Part shown: positions 9,778-20,428 of the stretch, piece by piece
How positions within the stretch are numbered: the stretch's first letter is position 1
How the letters are laid out: each line of letters begins with the position of its first letter
NCBI GenBank assembly: GCA_016709725.1
Contig: JADJMG010000007.1
Location: forward strand, 222,258 to 286,257
DNA length: 64,000 bases
Direction: 5' to 3'
DNA from: Bacteroidota bacterium
Lineage (GTDB): Bacteria; Bacteroidota; Bacteroidia; AKYH767-A; OLB10
Program-made: the position numbers and the translations under genes
Notes under the pieces: model-generated
What the model saw: the letters and a program-made list of their open reading frames with translations, nothing else
Databases searched by the model: none
Told to the model about the DNA's origin: nothing

Positions 9778-12120
9778 TTAGAAGGATACAACTTGAAATG
9801 TCTTACTAAACATATGCTTGCTTTCACTTTGAATTCGTGCAACAAATACACCATTTTGTCCCTTGTGGGGTGTCCAAATGAAAGGCTGGTTACTCTTGAT
9901 TTGAGTGTTCAAAATATTTTTTCCTTCTGCATTGAATATTTCTAAGGTGTAGAATTGACTTTCTATTCCTTCGGATTTAAAATTCACATTTCCAGTAGAT
10001 GGATTGGGCCAAATTTGCAAATCCATTTGGTTTGGGTTAGATGGATTAACCAACCCCGTCGTGAAATCTCGATAACCCATAACATATTCTCCTTTCTTGA
10101 GTGTATCAATAGTCATACTTCCAACTTTGTCGAATTTATTTCCAGTGGTTACCGTGTAACCGTTCACAACTTGCCAATCTTCCTTTACATTGCTTCGATA
10201 AAACAAAACTAAGCTGTCTTCGTTCCCTGTAATTAAATTATTGTCGAGATAACCTGCCGTTGCATTGGTAGACCCGTTGTAATTTAAAGTAACCTTGGCT
10301 AAAAATCCAGGTTTGAAAATTCCATCAAATTTCCAATAACGATAATCACTTAATCGAATGCCCGGATTAGTACTAGTGGTTTTAAATGGATCTGGTTTTA
10401 CCCAATGAAGTTCAGCTCGTACAGTGCTCGTATCTCCTCCAGTAGCAATTACATTTACATTGCTGTAGGTGTCAAGAAAGGAATTTGTTCCCGTGCTGAA
10501 GAGTTTTTTCTCGTAATCAGAAATAGCATCGCTCATATGATCGTTTCGATCAATTGAATACCAAGTAGGATTAAAGCTTAAGGTAATAGGAAATGAATTT
10601 GTGGTATTGTCCATTAATAAAATGAGTGTCGTGTCATTTACACCATCTGTAAAGTTTACTTCGACTTTCATTTCATAAATAGCAGAATTTCCTTTACTCT
10701 TCTGACGTGAATGCAAAATATATTGATGGGTTGCTAGGTTGACCACTTCTAATGAATCAATATCAAAATGCGGAAAGCCCGGTGTGAATACCCAATCATC
10801 AAAGAAACGATTCATGTTGATACCACTACTCGCTGTAAGTTCATCTCTCAAATGATAACTGTTGACGGAGGTATTGCCTCTGTTATTCATGAAATCTCTA
10901 CATCCTTCAAAGAAGAGTGAATCCTGCATGTAATAGCGCAACGTATGTGCTACATCAGCTCCCTTATTATATACAGTAGGCCCATACGTATGTGCATGCG
11001 GGATATTGATGAGAGGCAAGTATCCATTGTCGGTAATATGCGCAAACTGCAAAACTTTTCGATGGTTAGTTCGAAACCAAGTTCTATAAGCATCAGTCCC
11101 ATATAATTTTTCGGTGGTATAGGCTTCATTAAAACTTGCAAAACCTTCGTTAAGCCACATGTCTCCTTCCGATTCACACGTAGTCCAATTCCCCCACCAC
11201 ATATGCGCTAATTCATGTGCCCATAATGTTTCATAGCTGAGCGATCCATTGATGTAAGCAGTACCAATATGTATACTGGTTGCATGTTCCATAGCTCCAG
11301 AGTTAAAAGGAATCAAACAATATCCTACTTTTTGAAATGGATAAGGGCCATATGCTTGAATATAATGCGATAAAACCGAATCTAAGTTTTGAAATGTTGC
11401 ACTTACATTGTTTGAATCGTTAGGCATGCAAGCAATTTCTACTGGAATGTTTTGATAATTTCTACTCCACGTGTAATAGGGAGCAATAGCTACGCTTGCT
11501 AAATAAGTAGGAATAGGAGTTGTTAAATTCCAATTCCAAGTATTATTTCCATTGGCATGTAACGTGACACCCTGCAAAATCCCATTACAAAATGCTTTGT
11601 ATCCAGCAATAGTAGTGATGTGAAAAGTGTAGGTAGCTCGATCCGTAAACACATCGTTTGCAGGAAACCACGCCCTTCCAAATACATGCGGATCGCTGCC
11701 AAATCCTACTCCTAAGTTAAACGCATAATTAAGGTTGAAATAAAATCCACCCCATCCAGAAGGATCTCCCTGTGGAATGCCGTGATAATAAATGGTAACA
11801 ATTTCTGAAGTGATGTTGTCAACCGGATTTAGTAAAGTGATATCAAGTGTAGTATCGTTGTATGTATACGTAAGGGTGTTTGCGTTTTGATCAAGAATGG
11901 AATCAATGATCAATGATAAAAGTGATACCTCAAGCGTAGTTATACTTTGTATTGAATTAGATTTGAATTCCAATTGTGCATGTGCTTCTATACTTTTACT
12001 AGGAAAATTAATGGTGTCAAAACTGATATCATAATGAACCACATCGAGCAAGTTGGATTGAGCATAAGTTGGCAAACTAATTCCTAGAATCAGTAGTAGC
12101 GTGTAGAGTAGTTTTGTCAT
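9778..12120 (-). CDS. M1-family zinc aminopeptidase (aminopeptidase N-like) with a T9SS C-terminal sorting domain. An alternative upstream start exists at 12135.
   Basis: Signal peptide, the gluzincin motif HELAHMWWGNW...NEGFASF, and a C-terminal ~80 aa Por/T9SS CTD (LQIWPNPSTGNVNFK...). Confidence 0.8.
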   Translation of the reverse strand: MTKLLYTLLLILGISLPTYAQSNLLDVVHYDISFDTINFPSKSIEAHAQLEFKSNSIQSITTLEVSLLSLIIDSILDQNANTLTYTYNDTTLDITLLNPVDNITSEIVTIYYHGIPQGDPSGWGGFYFNLNYAFNLGVGFGSDPHVFGRAWFPANDVFTDRATYTFHITTIAGYKAFCNGILQGVTLHANGNNTWNWNLTTPIPTYLASVAIAPYYTWSRNYQNIPVEIACMPNDSNNVSATFQNLDSVLSHYIQAYGPYPFQKVGYCLIPFNSGAMEHATSIHIGTAYINGSLSYETLWAHELAHMWWGNWTTCESEGDMWLNEGFASFNEAYTTEKLYGTDAYRTWFRTNHRKVLQFAHITDNGYLPLINIPHAHTYGPTVYNKGADVAHTLRYYMQDSLFFEGCRDFMNNRGNTSVNSYHLRDELTASSGINMNRFFDDWVFTPGFPHFDIDSLEVVNLATHQYILHSRQKSKGNSAIYEMKVEVNFTDGVNDTTLILLMDNTTNSFPITLSFNPTWYSIDRNDHMSDAISDYEKKLFSTGTNSFLDTYSNVNVIATGGDTSTVRAELHWVKPDPFKTTSTNPGIRLSDYRYWKFDGIFKPGFLAKVTLNYNGSTNATAGYLDNNLITGNEDSLVLFYRSNVKEDWQVVNGYTVTTGNKFDKVGSMTIDTLKKGEYVMGYRDFTTGLVNPSNPNQMDLQIWPNPSTGNVNFKSEGIESQFYTLEIFNAEGKNILNTQIKSNQPFIWTPHKGQNGVFVARIQSESKHMFSKTFQVVSF

Positions 12121-12170
12121 CGTATTCGATGACACTAAATTAATAAAATTAAGGAAGAATCAAAGGTCGT

Positions 12171-14696
12171 TTATCTCGCTATATTTGCTTTCGCCTGAAA
12201 CACTTGATCCTCATCTCTCACAATTATAAAATAGTTTCCATCTGAATAATTTCGCATGTCCAATCCAGCCTGCATAAGGACGGAGATCTTTGTTTTAGAT
12301 GAATAAAGGAGTCGGCCAGTAAAGTCATAAATATTCAGCAAACAATCTTCCATACCAAGAACCTCCTTGGTGATGCGAATAAACCCTAGTCCAGGATTGG
12401 GTGCAATGGATAGTAATCCTTGACTAATTGGCGTACTTATCGTTCTTAATATAATCAGTGTGTCATTCAAAGTACATCCCCTTGAATCCGAAACAAAATA
12501 AGGTTGTGGACCTTCCGCAAGTTGATTAATTTGATTTCCTACGATGCCTGAATTAAGCCATTGAATGTAGTAGGGAGGTGTACCACCTTGTAATTGCAAA
12601 CTAGCAGATCCATTTTGTTCGGAATCAATTTCAGAATGTATAGTTGCATTCGCAATAATGGGAGCCGGACTGGAAATCGAATAGTTCTCTGTGTGAATAC
12701 AACCTTGATCTTGTTGAATCGTGCATTGATAGTTTCCGCCAGGCAGGTTGGTTAGATGTGGTCCTGTACTTTGATTCGACCACTGGTATTGTAAAATGGA
12801 TTGTGAATCTTTATAAATAATATTTCCAGACCAAAAGGATCCAACCTTTGAAGAAGTTAAAAAGGGACCTGTATTTCCTATTCGTGAATTTGAATGATGG
12901 TAAGTAATAAAGTGATTGTCATAAAATGAAGTTGAATCAAGTTGGTTAAAAATATCATCCATTGAATAAATAAAAATACTCCAAGTACCAGCATTACAAA
13001 TAAAAGGACTATTTAATGTTAGGTTACTAGTCAAAGAATTATTGGATTTGGCTATTGAATAGTTTCCGAGTAAGGTCCAAGATGAAGAATTATTTTCTTT
13101 TCCGATATAATCTCCCTGTTTAATGTAAACAGTAACGACACCACTTTGTTTTAAAAACAAATCCAATCCTTTTAGTAGAAGGTCTTTGTTTGACGAAAAA
13201 TGAATCATACTTCCATGTGCAGGATTTGCAAATGGAACTGCAGTCATACTATAATATTCGTTATTCGCTGGAGTAGCTTGAACTTTTATTTCTCCATCAT
13301 TTGAATTGTAACAGCGAGGTGAATGAACTAGAGCTGTGGTCACTTTTATGCTATCCGCTTCTGGGACGTTAAATGTTTTTGAGGCGGAACAGCCCAATGC
13401 ATCAGTAACAATAATTTCATTTTGTCCAGATGAAAATTGTTTTTGAAACCATTGTCCATCGGTCATATTATTATTGTAGGAATAGCCATATTCACTATTG
13501 ACCACATAGGAAATCATGCCCGCCATATTCATGACGCCAGTTATTCCAGATTGAAAAGGATGATTATTTAAGTCTCTACTGACTCCTTCATAGATGCTTA
13601 AAATGTGGTCATAGTTTAAGGTGTTTCCAATTATTGTGCTTGTGATCCCTTTAATTTCACCATCGTGATTATAAATATAAAGAGAATAATCGCCAGGAAT
13701 TAAAGTAGGTGGAAGTGCGAATGATATCTGTGTTTTTTCGTCTATCCCTGCTCCATATACAGGACTGGAGCTAATTAATTGCCATTTCGTTGAATCAAAT
13801 TCAGCACCCGCCATCGAACCTGATTTTAAATAAATGCTAATCGTTTGAAGTTGTGTAGTTGGAAGATGTATTGATAAATTGGTTAATGAAATTTTTGAAT
13901 TAGTTGACAGGTCAAACATGAATCCATTACTTTGAGTATTGGACCAAAGTGTAGTATAGAATGATTTCTTGAAAGGGAAAGGAGAACCTCCTTTCGCATA
14001 AAAGATGGCTTGCCCATTGTTGGCCGATTGGCAAGAGGGAGCATAGCTAACAACATCCACTTCGAGTGGAACTGGCTCACTGAGTATAGCTGATTCTGTA
14101 ACTACATTTCCGCCGGCATCACTTATGGTTAATGTATACACTCCAGCAGGAAGATTATTGATTTCATCCGTAGTATTCCCGTTCGACCAAAGAAATTGAT
14201 AAGGATTTACACCTCCGCTCGCCCGAGCTTTCATGTATCCTGTTGAAGTACCATGGCACTTTGCATTCACCACACGCCTTATTCCTGCATTAAAAGGCAA
14301 AATAGCATTAGATTCAGTGGATGTGATTTCTGATTTAATTTCTTTTCGAATTATTTCATTTGGTGTTTCAGATTGATTAAAATTTCCTTGTAATGAGGAT
14401 GTAAGGTATGTAGATTTCGTAGTATGGGTTGTTATCGAGACATCCGCTAAATCTATTAAAACTTGATTTTTCTTACATCTACTTTGAAATGACAAATTAC
14501 TTAAATCGGTAGATTTCTGTATTTGCTCGATGCTAATATCCTTACTAGAAAAATCAGAATTTGAAAAAGAAAATAGGTGTGTAAAAGACAAATCTCTGCA
14601 TTGACTTTTGGAGTCGACATACAATGACTGTGCATTTAGGGTGGTGCACAGGAATTGTGCAAGAATAATGAATCTAACTATTTGATAACTCCTCAT
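12171..14696 (-). CDS. Large secreted T9SS cargo protein with SprB-type repeats (adhesin-like)
   Basis: 841 aa. Signal peptide. Repeats of the type C.G.STG...GG..PY.F.WSNG...L.AG.Y.L...D..G (SprB repeat). C-terminal T9SS CTD (LLSIAPNPGLGFIRI...). Confidence 0.6.
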   Translation of the reverse strand: MRSYQIVRFIILAQFLCTTLNAQSLYVDSKSQCRDLSFTHLFSFSNSDFSSKDISIEQIQKSTDLSNLSFQSRCKKNQVLIDLADVSITTHTTKSTYLTSSLQGNFNQSETPNEIIRKEIKSEITSTESNAILPFNAGIRRVVNAKCHGTSTGYMKARASGGVNPYQFLWSNGNTTDEINNLPAGVYTLTISDAGGNVVTESAILSEPVPLEVDVVSYAPSCQSANNGQAIFYAKGGSPFPFKKSFYTTLWSNTQSNGFMFDLSTNSKISLTNLSIHLPTTQLQTISIYLKSGSMAGAEFDSTKWQLISSSPVYGAGIDEKTQISFALPPTLIPGDYSLYIYNHDGEIKGITSTIIGNTLNYDHILSIYEGVSRDLNNHPFQSGITGVMNMAGMISYVVNSEYGYSYNNNMTDGQWFQKQFSSGQNEIIVTDALGCSASKTFNVPEADSIKVTTALVHSPRCYNSNDGEIKVQATPANNEYYSMTAVPFANPAHGSMIHFSSNKDLLLKGLDLFLKQSGVVTVYIKQGDYIGKENNSSSWTLLGNYSIAKSNNSLTSNLTLNSPFICNAGTWSIFIYSMDDIFNQLDSTSFYDNHFITYHHSNSRIGNTGPFLTSSKVGSFWSGNIIYKDSQSILQYQWSNQSTGPHLTNLPGGNYQCTIQQDQGCIHTENYSISSPAPIIANATIHSEIDSEQNGSASLQLQGGTPPYYIQWLNSGIVGNQINQLAEGPQPYFVSDSRGCTLNDTLIILRTISTPISQGLLSIAPNPGLGFIRITKEVLGMEDCLLNIYDFTGRLLYSSKTKISVLMQAGLDMRNYSDGNYFIIVRDEDQVFQAKANIAR

Positions 14697-14848
14697 CGCG
14701 GTACTATTAATTTATCCTATTTTAACGGAGAGTTTACGCATCAGTTCAGCAAATAAAGGGGTATGTAAGATTTATTAGTGAATTGATGGGATTCAGTAAA
14801 AATCTAATTCATTAAAAGTAAAAACTTATTGAGTGAAAAAAAAATAAT

Positions 14849-16006
14849 TTACATCCAATTTGAAAACAAAAGGATGAGCAAAATGCCAGCAATATCCACA
14901 AAAAAACCAACTAAAACCATCTCTCTAACTTTAATATGCCCACTTGAATATACGATGGTATTGGGAGCCGTTGCGATGGGTAGCATGAAGCCAAGGGAAG
15001 CTGATAATGCTGCAGGTACCAATAGGAGTTTGGGATCAATGTCGGAAACCATTTGTAGCGAAATTAAAATGGGCATCATTAACTGAATACTGGCCACATT
15101 GGATGCAAACTCAGAAATGAGAGTCACAATCACACAAATAATCAAAATAGTTAGTAAAATTGGGACATCATTTACTGCATTTAGATGTTGAGCTAACCAA
15201 GTACTTAGTCCCGAAAGTTCAAATCCCTTCGCCAAAGCAAATCCACTTCCAAAGAGTAGTATAATCTCATAAGGAAGTTTTGAGGCTTCTTTCCAAGTAA
15301 GAAGTGCTCTTCCTTTTTCAGTTTGAGATGGAATTAAGAAGAGTAGTAAAGCCATGCTGATGGCAATGGTGCTATCTTGAATTTGAAGTGGGTGCGGGAA
15401 AAGATGAGTCCATCCCTGTAGATGAAAGCTACCAACTTCTAAATCGGCTCGTGTGAGCCAGAGAAGTGCTGTACTAAAGAATATAATCCCCACAATTTTC
15501 TCATCAATACTCCAATTTCCTAGTTTTAAAAATTCAGTTTTGAATCCACCTGTTTCAAATGATTTTAAATTAAGCTTTCGAACAAAGAAAAAACGGATCA
15601 ACCACCATGCGCATATTAATAGTGAGAATGCAAAAGGCAGAGCAAAAATCATCCATCCAGCAAAAGTAATGGGATCAGAACTAGCGTATTGCTCATTATA
15701 AGCTCTATAAAAAATCATATTAGTAGGAGTTCCAACCAAAGTTGCTAATCCACCAATGCTGGATGAATAGGCGAGGCCTATGAGTAAAGCAGAAGAGAGT
15801 TTTCGATGTGTTTCCGCTGAATCTATATGGTTTCTTAACTGATGGATAACGGCTAGTACAGCCGATAAAAGCATCATCACGGTGGCAGTATTAGAAATCC
15901 ACATGGAAATTAAAAATCCACTGAGCATAATACCAAATAATACGCGAGATGCATTATGCCCCGATAAGGATAAAATTCCAAGAGCTAGTCTTCGATGCAA
16001 CCCCAT
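14849..16006 (-). CDS. DASS/SLC13-family (divalent anion:Na+ symporter, ArsB/NhaD superfamily) transporter, C-terminal fragment
   Basis: 385 aa of polytopic membrane protein. Contiguous with ORF 15985-16323 if one C is added to the run at 16001-16004, giving AIEKW-GLHRRLALGIL. Confidence 0.65.
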   Translation of the reverse strand: MGLHRRLALGILSLSGHNASRVLFGIMLSGFLISMWISNTATVMMLLSAVLAVIHQLRNHIDSAETHRKLSSALLIGLAYSSSIGGLATLVGTPTNMIFYRAYNEQYASSDPITFAGWMIFALPFAFSLLICAWWLIRFFFVRKLNLKSFETGGFKTEFLKLGNWSIDEKIVGIIFFSTALLWLTRADLEVGSFHLQGWTHLFPHPLQIQDSTIAISMALLLFLIPSQTEKGRALLTWKEASKLPYEIILLFGSGFALAKGFELSGLSTWLAQHLNAVNDVPILLTILIICVIVTLISEFASNVASIQLMMPILISLQMVSDIDPKLLLVPAALSASLGFMLPIATAPNTIVYSSGHIKVREMVLVGFFVDIAGILLILLFSNWM

Positions 16007-16323
16007 TTTTCAATGGCGAACGCTAAAAGAAATCCTCCTATGAATAAAAACAAAATAGGATCCATGTATTGAGCTGACACTTCCTTGATGTCAACAATAC
16101 CACTTGAAGGAAGAAGAATAAAAGGAATAAAAGAAGAAACGGCAATGTGAACGGCTTCTGTCAACCACCATAATGCAACCCAACCGGTGATACCAATCAT
16201 CACCATCATTAGCGGTGATTTGGGGATCGGAGAGGGAAGCAAACAAAATAAAACAAAAAACAACGGACCCGCAATCACCGCCCAGCCCTTATTGGGAGAA
16301 GTAGTGATTTGCTCGTTGTGCAT
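15985..16323 (-). CDS. DASS/SLC13-family transporter, N-terminal fragment
   Basis: 112 aa, hydrophobic. Ends AIEKWGCIED* immediately before the MGLHRRLALGI start of the downstream fragment. Confidence 0.6.
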   Translation of the reverse strand: MHNEQITTSPNKGWAVIAGPLFFVLFCLLPSPIPKSPLMMVMIGITGWVALWWLTEAVHIAVSSFIPFILLPSSGIVDIKEVSAQYMDPILFLFIGGFLLAFAIEKWGCIED

Positions 16324-16359
16324 AATGATGTTTAGAGAGTAGCTTGAAAAAAATAGAAT

Positions 16360-16830
16360 TTAATCATTCAACTCATCTCGACGAAATTTATCGAGTAATT
16401 TGCAAAGTTGAGCAGCTTCTGTTGCAGTTAATCCTTTCGAAATTTGATCCATCGAAACCTCTTCAATCTTCATTTCCTCAACTAACTTCAATCCTTTTTT
16501 TGAAATAGTAATAATCGATTCGCGTCGGTCTTCCTTGGAGGGTACACGAGTTAAATATCCAGAAAGCCTTAAACGTTCAACCACCCGACTCGTGTCGCTC
16601 ATCTTATCGAGCATCCTCGACTTAATTTGACTTAAGTTTAAAGAGTTGGGATGTGAGCCATTTAAAATTCGAAGGACATTATATTGTTGACTACTGAGTC
16701 CATATTTCTTAAAAATTTTCGCGATTTGGTTTTGTAGCCAATTGGAAGTGTAAATCAGATTGACTTGAGCTTGGTGATTTACATTCCGAAATTTCTTTTG
16801 TTGTATCGCATCTTTAATGGTCGTAGGCAT
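16360..16830 (-). CDS. MarR-family transcriptional regulator
   Basis: 156 aa with a winged-HTH MarR signature (SQQYNVLRIL..., RESIITISKKG). It lies 37 bp upstream of the transporter gene. Confidence 0.85.
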   Translation of the reverse strand: MPTTIKDAIQQKKFRNVNHQAQVNLIYTSNWLQNQIAKIFKKYGLSSQQYNVLRILNGSHPNSLNLSQIKSRMLDKMSDTSRVVERLRLSGYLTRVPSKEDRRESIITISKKGLKLVEEMKIEEVSMDQISKGLTATEAAQLCKLLDKFRRDELND

Positions 16831-16853
16831 AATACGAAGTTAGTAAATATTGA

Positions 16854-16890
16854 ATAAAAAAAAGCCTTGGATTTTAATCCAAGGCTTTAC
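16854..16890 (-). terminator. Rho-independent terminator downstream of the yceI-like gene
   Basis: The minus strand reads aagccttggat-taaaa-tccaaggctt followed by a T-run. Confidence 0.7.
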
Positions 16891-16905
16891 GGAAATTAAT
16901 TGTTT

Positions 16906-17493
16906 TTACTTAGCCTGTGATAACTCAATATTTACAGTAATGTCAACTTCGTCACTAACAACCATTCCACCCGCTTCAGTAACCATGCTCCATTTCAAAT
17001 CATAATCCTTACGGTTAATCTTGCTTGTGGCTTTGAAACCAGCTTTCATGTTACCCCATGGATCTTTCATAAGACCATTGTTTTTTACGTCGAAAGTTAC
17101 TTTTTTAGTGATGTTACGAATCGTTAAATCTCCAATCAATTCATATTTATTTCCAGCCACTTTTTTGAAAGATGTGCTCTTAAATATGATTTTTGGATAC
17201 TTTGCAGCATTGAAAAACTCATCGCCCATTAGATGTTTGTCACGATCTGCGCTTTCGGTGTTGATGCTGTTTACATCAATAGCAAATTCAACCGTTCCAT
17301 TGTTAAAATCTGTACTTGGACTCTCTACTTTTCCGCTATAAGTTTTAAAATTTCCTTCTACTTCAGACACCATTAAATGGGTTACTGCGAATTTTACAGT
17401 AGTATGTGTAGGATCTACATTCCAAACAATGTTTTGTGCATTAACTCCTAGACCTAAGCTAGAGAGTAATAGGATAGCAAATATTTTTTTCAT
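16906..17493 (-). CDS. YceI-family periplasmic protein
   Basis: 195 aa. Signal peptide, the VDPTHTTVKFAVTHLMVSEVEGNF motif, and RKDYDLKW: typical YceI. Confidence 0.9.
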   Translation of the reverse strand: MKKIFAILLLSSLGLGVNAQNIVWNVDPTHTTVKFAVTHLMVSEVEGNFKTYSGKVESPSTDFNNGTVEFAIDVNSINTESADRDKHLMGDEFFNAAKYPKIIFKSTSFKKVAGNKYELIGDLTIRNITKKVTFDVKNNGLMKDPWGNMKAGFKATSKINRKDYDLKWSMVTEAGGMVVSDEVDITVNIELSQAK

Positions 17494-17659
17494 GATTCTA
17501 ATTTTTTTTCAAATATAGTGTATATACATTAGATGTTGTAACAACTATTACTAACATTTAATTAATATACTGAATATCAATATTATAATTTATATAATTT
17601 TACTTTAGAGAAGATTTTTCTTGAACAAGATTTGCTAATGACGAAAACGAAATTCCATT

Positions 17660-19252
17660 TTATCTTGAAATCGCCATATTTAAATCGAAGGCGCATTTAA
17701 AATGTCCTTCCGGACAAGCCTTATGACCGTGTAATCCACACGGTCGACAGGATAAATTCAATACTTCTACAATCTTTTTATCATCTGACAAAGGTCCAAA
17801 TCCAAAAGCAGGAACCGTACTGCAATAATAGGCAGTCACGGGAGCGTTCATCGCAGATGCAATATGCATCGGAGCTGAATCATTTACAAAATTTCGTTTG
17901 GCGTCTTTCATTAAAGCAGCGGTTTGTAAAAAGCTTAATTTACCCGCAAGGGTTTTTACATTTTCGTTTTTAGATAGTTCTTGAATGGCTAAACATTCGT
18001 TTTTATCAACAGGACCACCAAGCAAATAAATATTAGCTTCTTTATCTATATCGTGAAGCGAAGAAATTAATTGAATCCATTTCGCAGCGGGAACTTGCTT
18101 TGTAAACCAAACGGAAGTAGGTGCAATGCAATAGTAAGTTTTCCTTTTTAATTCCTGTACAGATGAATAATCGCTTGCAGAAGGATAAAGAATTGGTTTT
18201 ACGGATTCATTCGCGCCCAAAGATTTCATCAATCTTAAATTGCGTACTGTTTCATGAGTTTCAGTTTCACCCGCAATATCGTGCTCGATTTTCTGAGTAA
18301 ATAAAAATGAAAAAGGATTCTTCTTAAATCCAATTCTGTCTTTAGCACCACTTAATCCGGTAAGAATTCCAGTTGCCGCAAAACGTTGAATATTGATGAC
18401 AACGTCATATTTCTCTTTTCGAATTTGAAAGAGGAGAGTCCACAAGTTTTTTTGCTTATTTTTCTGTTTGTTCCAGATAAGAATACTACTTATTCCAATA
18501 AAATTTTGCAATAATCCTTCATTTCCTTTTCGTACCAATACATCCAACTGCGCATGCGGAAAACATCGATGCGCCTCCTGAATTAAGGGAGTCGCTAAAA
18601 TGACATCTCCAATAAAAGCAGTTTGAATGATTAATATTTTCACTGGCTTACAAGGAAGAAGGTGTCGCTCGTTAAAACGTTCAACAAATCGTATTAACAT
18701 TTGTCGCTGTTTCTTTGGACTGTTTATACCAATAAACTCTTGGTATAGTTCTTCATCCCGTAGTATTAAAATACTTTCTAATGAAGCCACAGAATACTCC
18801 ACGAATTCTCCCTCTTGTAAGTCAAGAATATGTGGAATAGTTTCTGTATTTTTTTCTGTGGAAACTGGAGCAGAAGCAGCTCTGCGGATGGGATAACTTT
18901 CTACAAAATAACACAGTTGTCCAACTACTGTTACTTTATGATCATAACCTTTTCGTTGGATGTATAGGGTTCCATCATCTACAAAAGCATAAACGCTATC
19001 ATAAGGTAAACTTTGTTTTACTTTGTTTTCATTGATGAAGAATAGGCTATCACCCCGAAACCATTTTTTTACATGCGATGTTTTTTCTCCGTTGATAAGA
19101 AGTTGTGTGGTTTGGATGGAAGGACTTTGCTCTTGCAATTCACTTAAATGCAAATAAACACCACTTGGAAATGAGTTTCTACTGTTTGTTGAAGTTTGGG
19201 AATAGAGTAGGGTAGGAAGAAAAAATGCTACTGCGAATACTATACTTTTCAT
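17660..19252 (-). CDS. GT9 glycosyltransferase (ADP-heptose:LPS heptosyltransferase-like) fused to a ~200-aa N-terminal domain that has a signal peptide. An alternative start exists at 19279.
   Basis: The C-terminal ~330 aa read KILIIQTAFIGDVILATPLIQ..., ...LLGGPVD... and ...CRPCGLHGHKACPEGHFKC, the GT9 signature. The N-terminal 200 aa start with MKSIVFAVAFFLPTLLYSQ and are a separate domain I do not recognise. There is a 7-bp gap to the anti-sigma gene. Confidence 0.7.
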   Translation of the reverse strand: MKSIVFAVAFFLPTLLYSQTSTNSRNSFPSGVYLHLSELQEQSPSIQTTQLLINGEKTSHVKKWFRGDSLFFINENKVKQSLPYDSVYAFVDDGTLYIQRKGYDHKVTVVGQLCYFVESYPIRRAASAPVSTEKNTETIPHILDLQEGEFVEYSVASLESILILRDEELYQEFIGINSPKKQRQMLIRFVERFNERHLLPCKPVKILIIQTAFIGDVILATPLIQEAHRCFPHAQLDVLVRKGNEGLLQNFIGISSILIWNKQKNKQKNLWTLLFQIRKEKYDVVINIQRFAATGILTGLSGAKDRIGFKKNPFSFLFTQKIEHDIAGETETHETVRNLRLMKSLGANESVKPILYPSASDYSSVQELKRKTYYCIAPTSVWFTKQVPAAKWIQLISSLHDIDKEANIYLLGGPVDKNECLAIQELSKNENVKTLAGKLSFLQTAALMKDAKRNFVNDSAPMHIASAMNAPVTAYYCSTVPAFGFGPLSDDKKIVEVLNLSCRPCGLHGHKACPEGHFKCAFDLNMAISR

Positions 19253-19285
19253 GGTGCAAAGGTAAACGCTTAAAAGCAAAAAGAA

Positions 19286-20428
19286 TTATAGACTTTTTAA
19301 CATTTCCATGGCTTGCTTTTCAAATTCTCCTTTAAAAGGGAGCACTTTCTCAAACGATTGCTTAGCAGCACTTTTATTGTCGAGTTTAAGATAACTGAGC
19401 CCCATATACCAACAAGCCGCTTCTCGATAAGTGGATTGATTTGTTTGTATATATTTTTCCAGCTTGCTCAATGCGAGATGTGGATTATCAATTAAAAAAT
19501 AACTCACTCCATTATAAAACAGGGCTTCGGGTTTGTTGGTACATTGCTCCAAATAGGCGATAGCAGCCGCGTACTTTTTATTTTTGTATTCTTTTATTCC
19601 TTTTTTATACAAATCATCTGTACTGAACTTATTGGAATCGTCACTTGCTCCTTCATCTTTTTGTCGAGCAGAAGAAGTCGTAACCTGTGCAGCTGACTTT
19701 TTTTGAACAACAGCTACTTCGCTAGTACTAGTTCCTGACTGTACATTTTCTGATGCAGCTAGGTCTGCTTCGGGAGCTTTAACTACTTCATTTTTGGATT
19801 TACTAGTTTCTGCATCACTTTCCTCTTTCGCTTCAGCTGCTGGAACTGCTGAAAAAATTTCTTCGTTTCCTTTTTGATTTGATTCAGGTGTTGATTCAGC
19901 CATGGCATCGTCTACCTGTACTTCTCTTTCTAAAACGGTTGGAGCTTGGTTTTTTGATAATGGTGCTATTTGCTCGTTGGGAACTTGCATTTCTTGATTC
20001 TCTTGCAAAGGTTCTGAGGAAATTTCAGATGGAGCAGGATACGCTACCGACTTTTCACTCATCAATTCCTGCGTATTATTTTTTGGAATCACCATCCATA
20101 ACGTAAATGTGCTAATAAAAATAAGTACAATGGCCGCTGCCATTCTCCATGGAAATAAAACTTTTACTTTTTCATCGTTATCTTCTTCCTCTTCGGAAGT
20201 CATGGAATCAATTTCTAAATTCAACTCTTCTTCAATGGCTAAAAGTGAATTCGGATTTTCCATCATTTGAATTCCTTCAAGCGCATCGGAACAAAATTCA
20301 CAGTCTAGTAAATGTTTTTCAATACGATGTTGCTCTTGAGTACTCAATATGCCCTGAGTATAATCCAGCATCTCCTGACTGCTTAGGCAGGGTGTATTTT
20401 GATGGTGGTTCGACATATTGTTATTCAT
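19286..20428 (-). CDS. Anti-sigma factor (zinc-finger type, single TM, acidic S/T/E-rich linker, C-terminal TPR-like domain)
   Basis: HLLDCEFCSDALEG is a putative zinc-finger anti-sigma motif. It has a TM helix near residue 100 and overlaps the ECF sigma gene by 8 bp. Confidence 0.7.
   Translation of the reverse strand: MNNNMSNHHQNTPCLSSQEMLDYTQGILSTQEQHRIEKHLLDCEFCSDALEGIQMMENPNSLLAIEEELNLEIDSMTSEEEEDNDEKVKVLFPWRMAAAIVLIFISTFTLWMVIPKNNTQELMSEKSVAYPAPSEISSEPLQENQEMQVPNEQIAPLSKNQAPTVLEREVQVDDAMAESTPESNQKGNEEIFSAVPAAEAKEESDAETSKSKNEVVKAPEADLAASENVQSGTSTSEVAVVQKKSAAQVTTSSARQKDEGASDDSNKFSTDDLYKKGIKEYKNKKYAAAIAYLEQCTNKPEALFYNGVSYFLIDNPHLALSKLEKYIQTNQSTYREAACWYMGLSYLKLDNKSAAKQSFEKVLPFKGEFEKQAMEMLKSL

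Noticed and set aside
17660-19279. Treating the GT9 ORF as two genes fused by a frameshift
   Set aside because: The frame is continuous with no stop. A single indel cannot remove a stop codon between two separate genes, so I kept it as a genuine fusion and flagged the odd topology.
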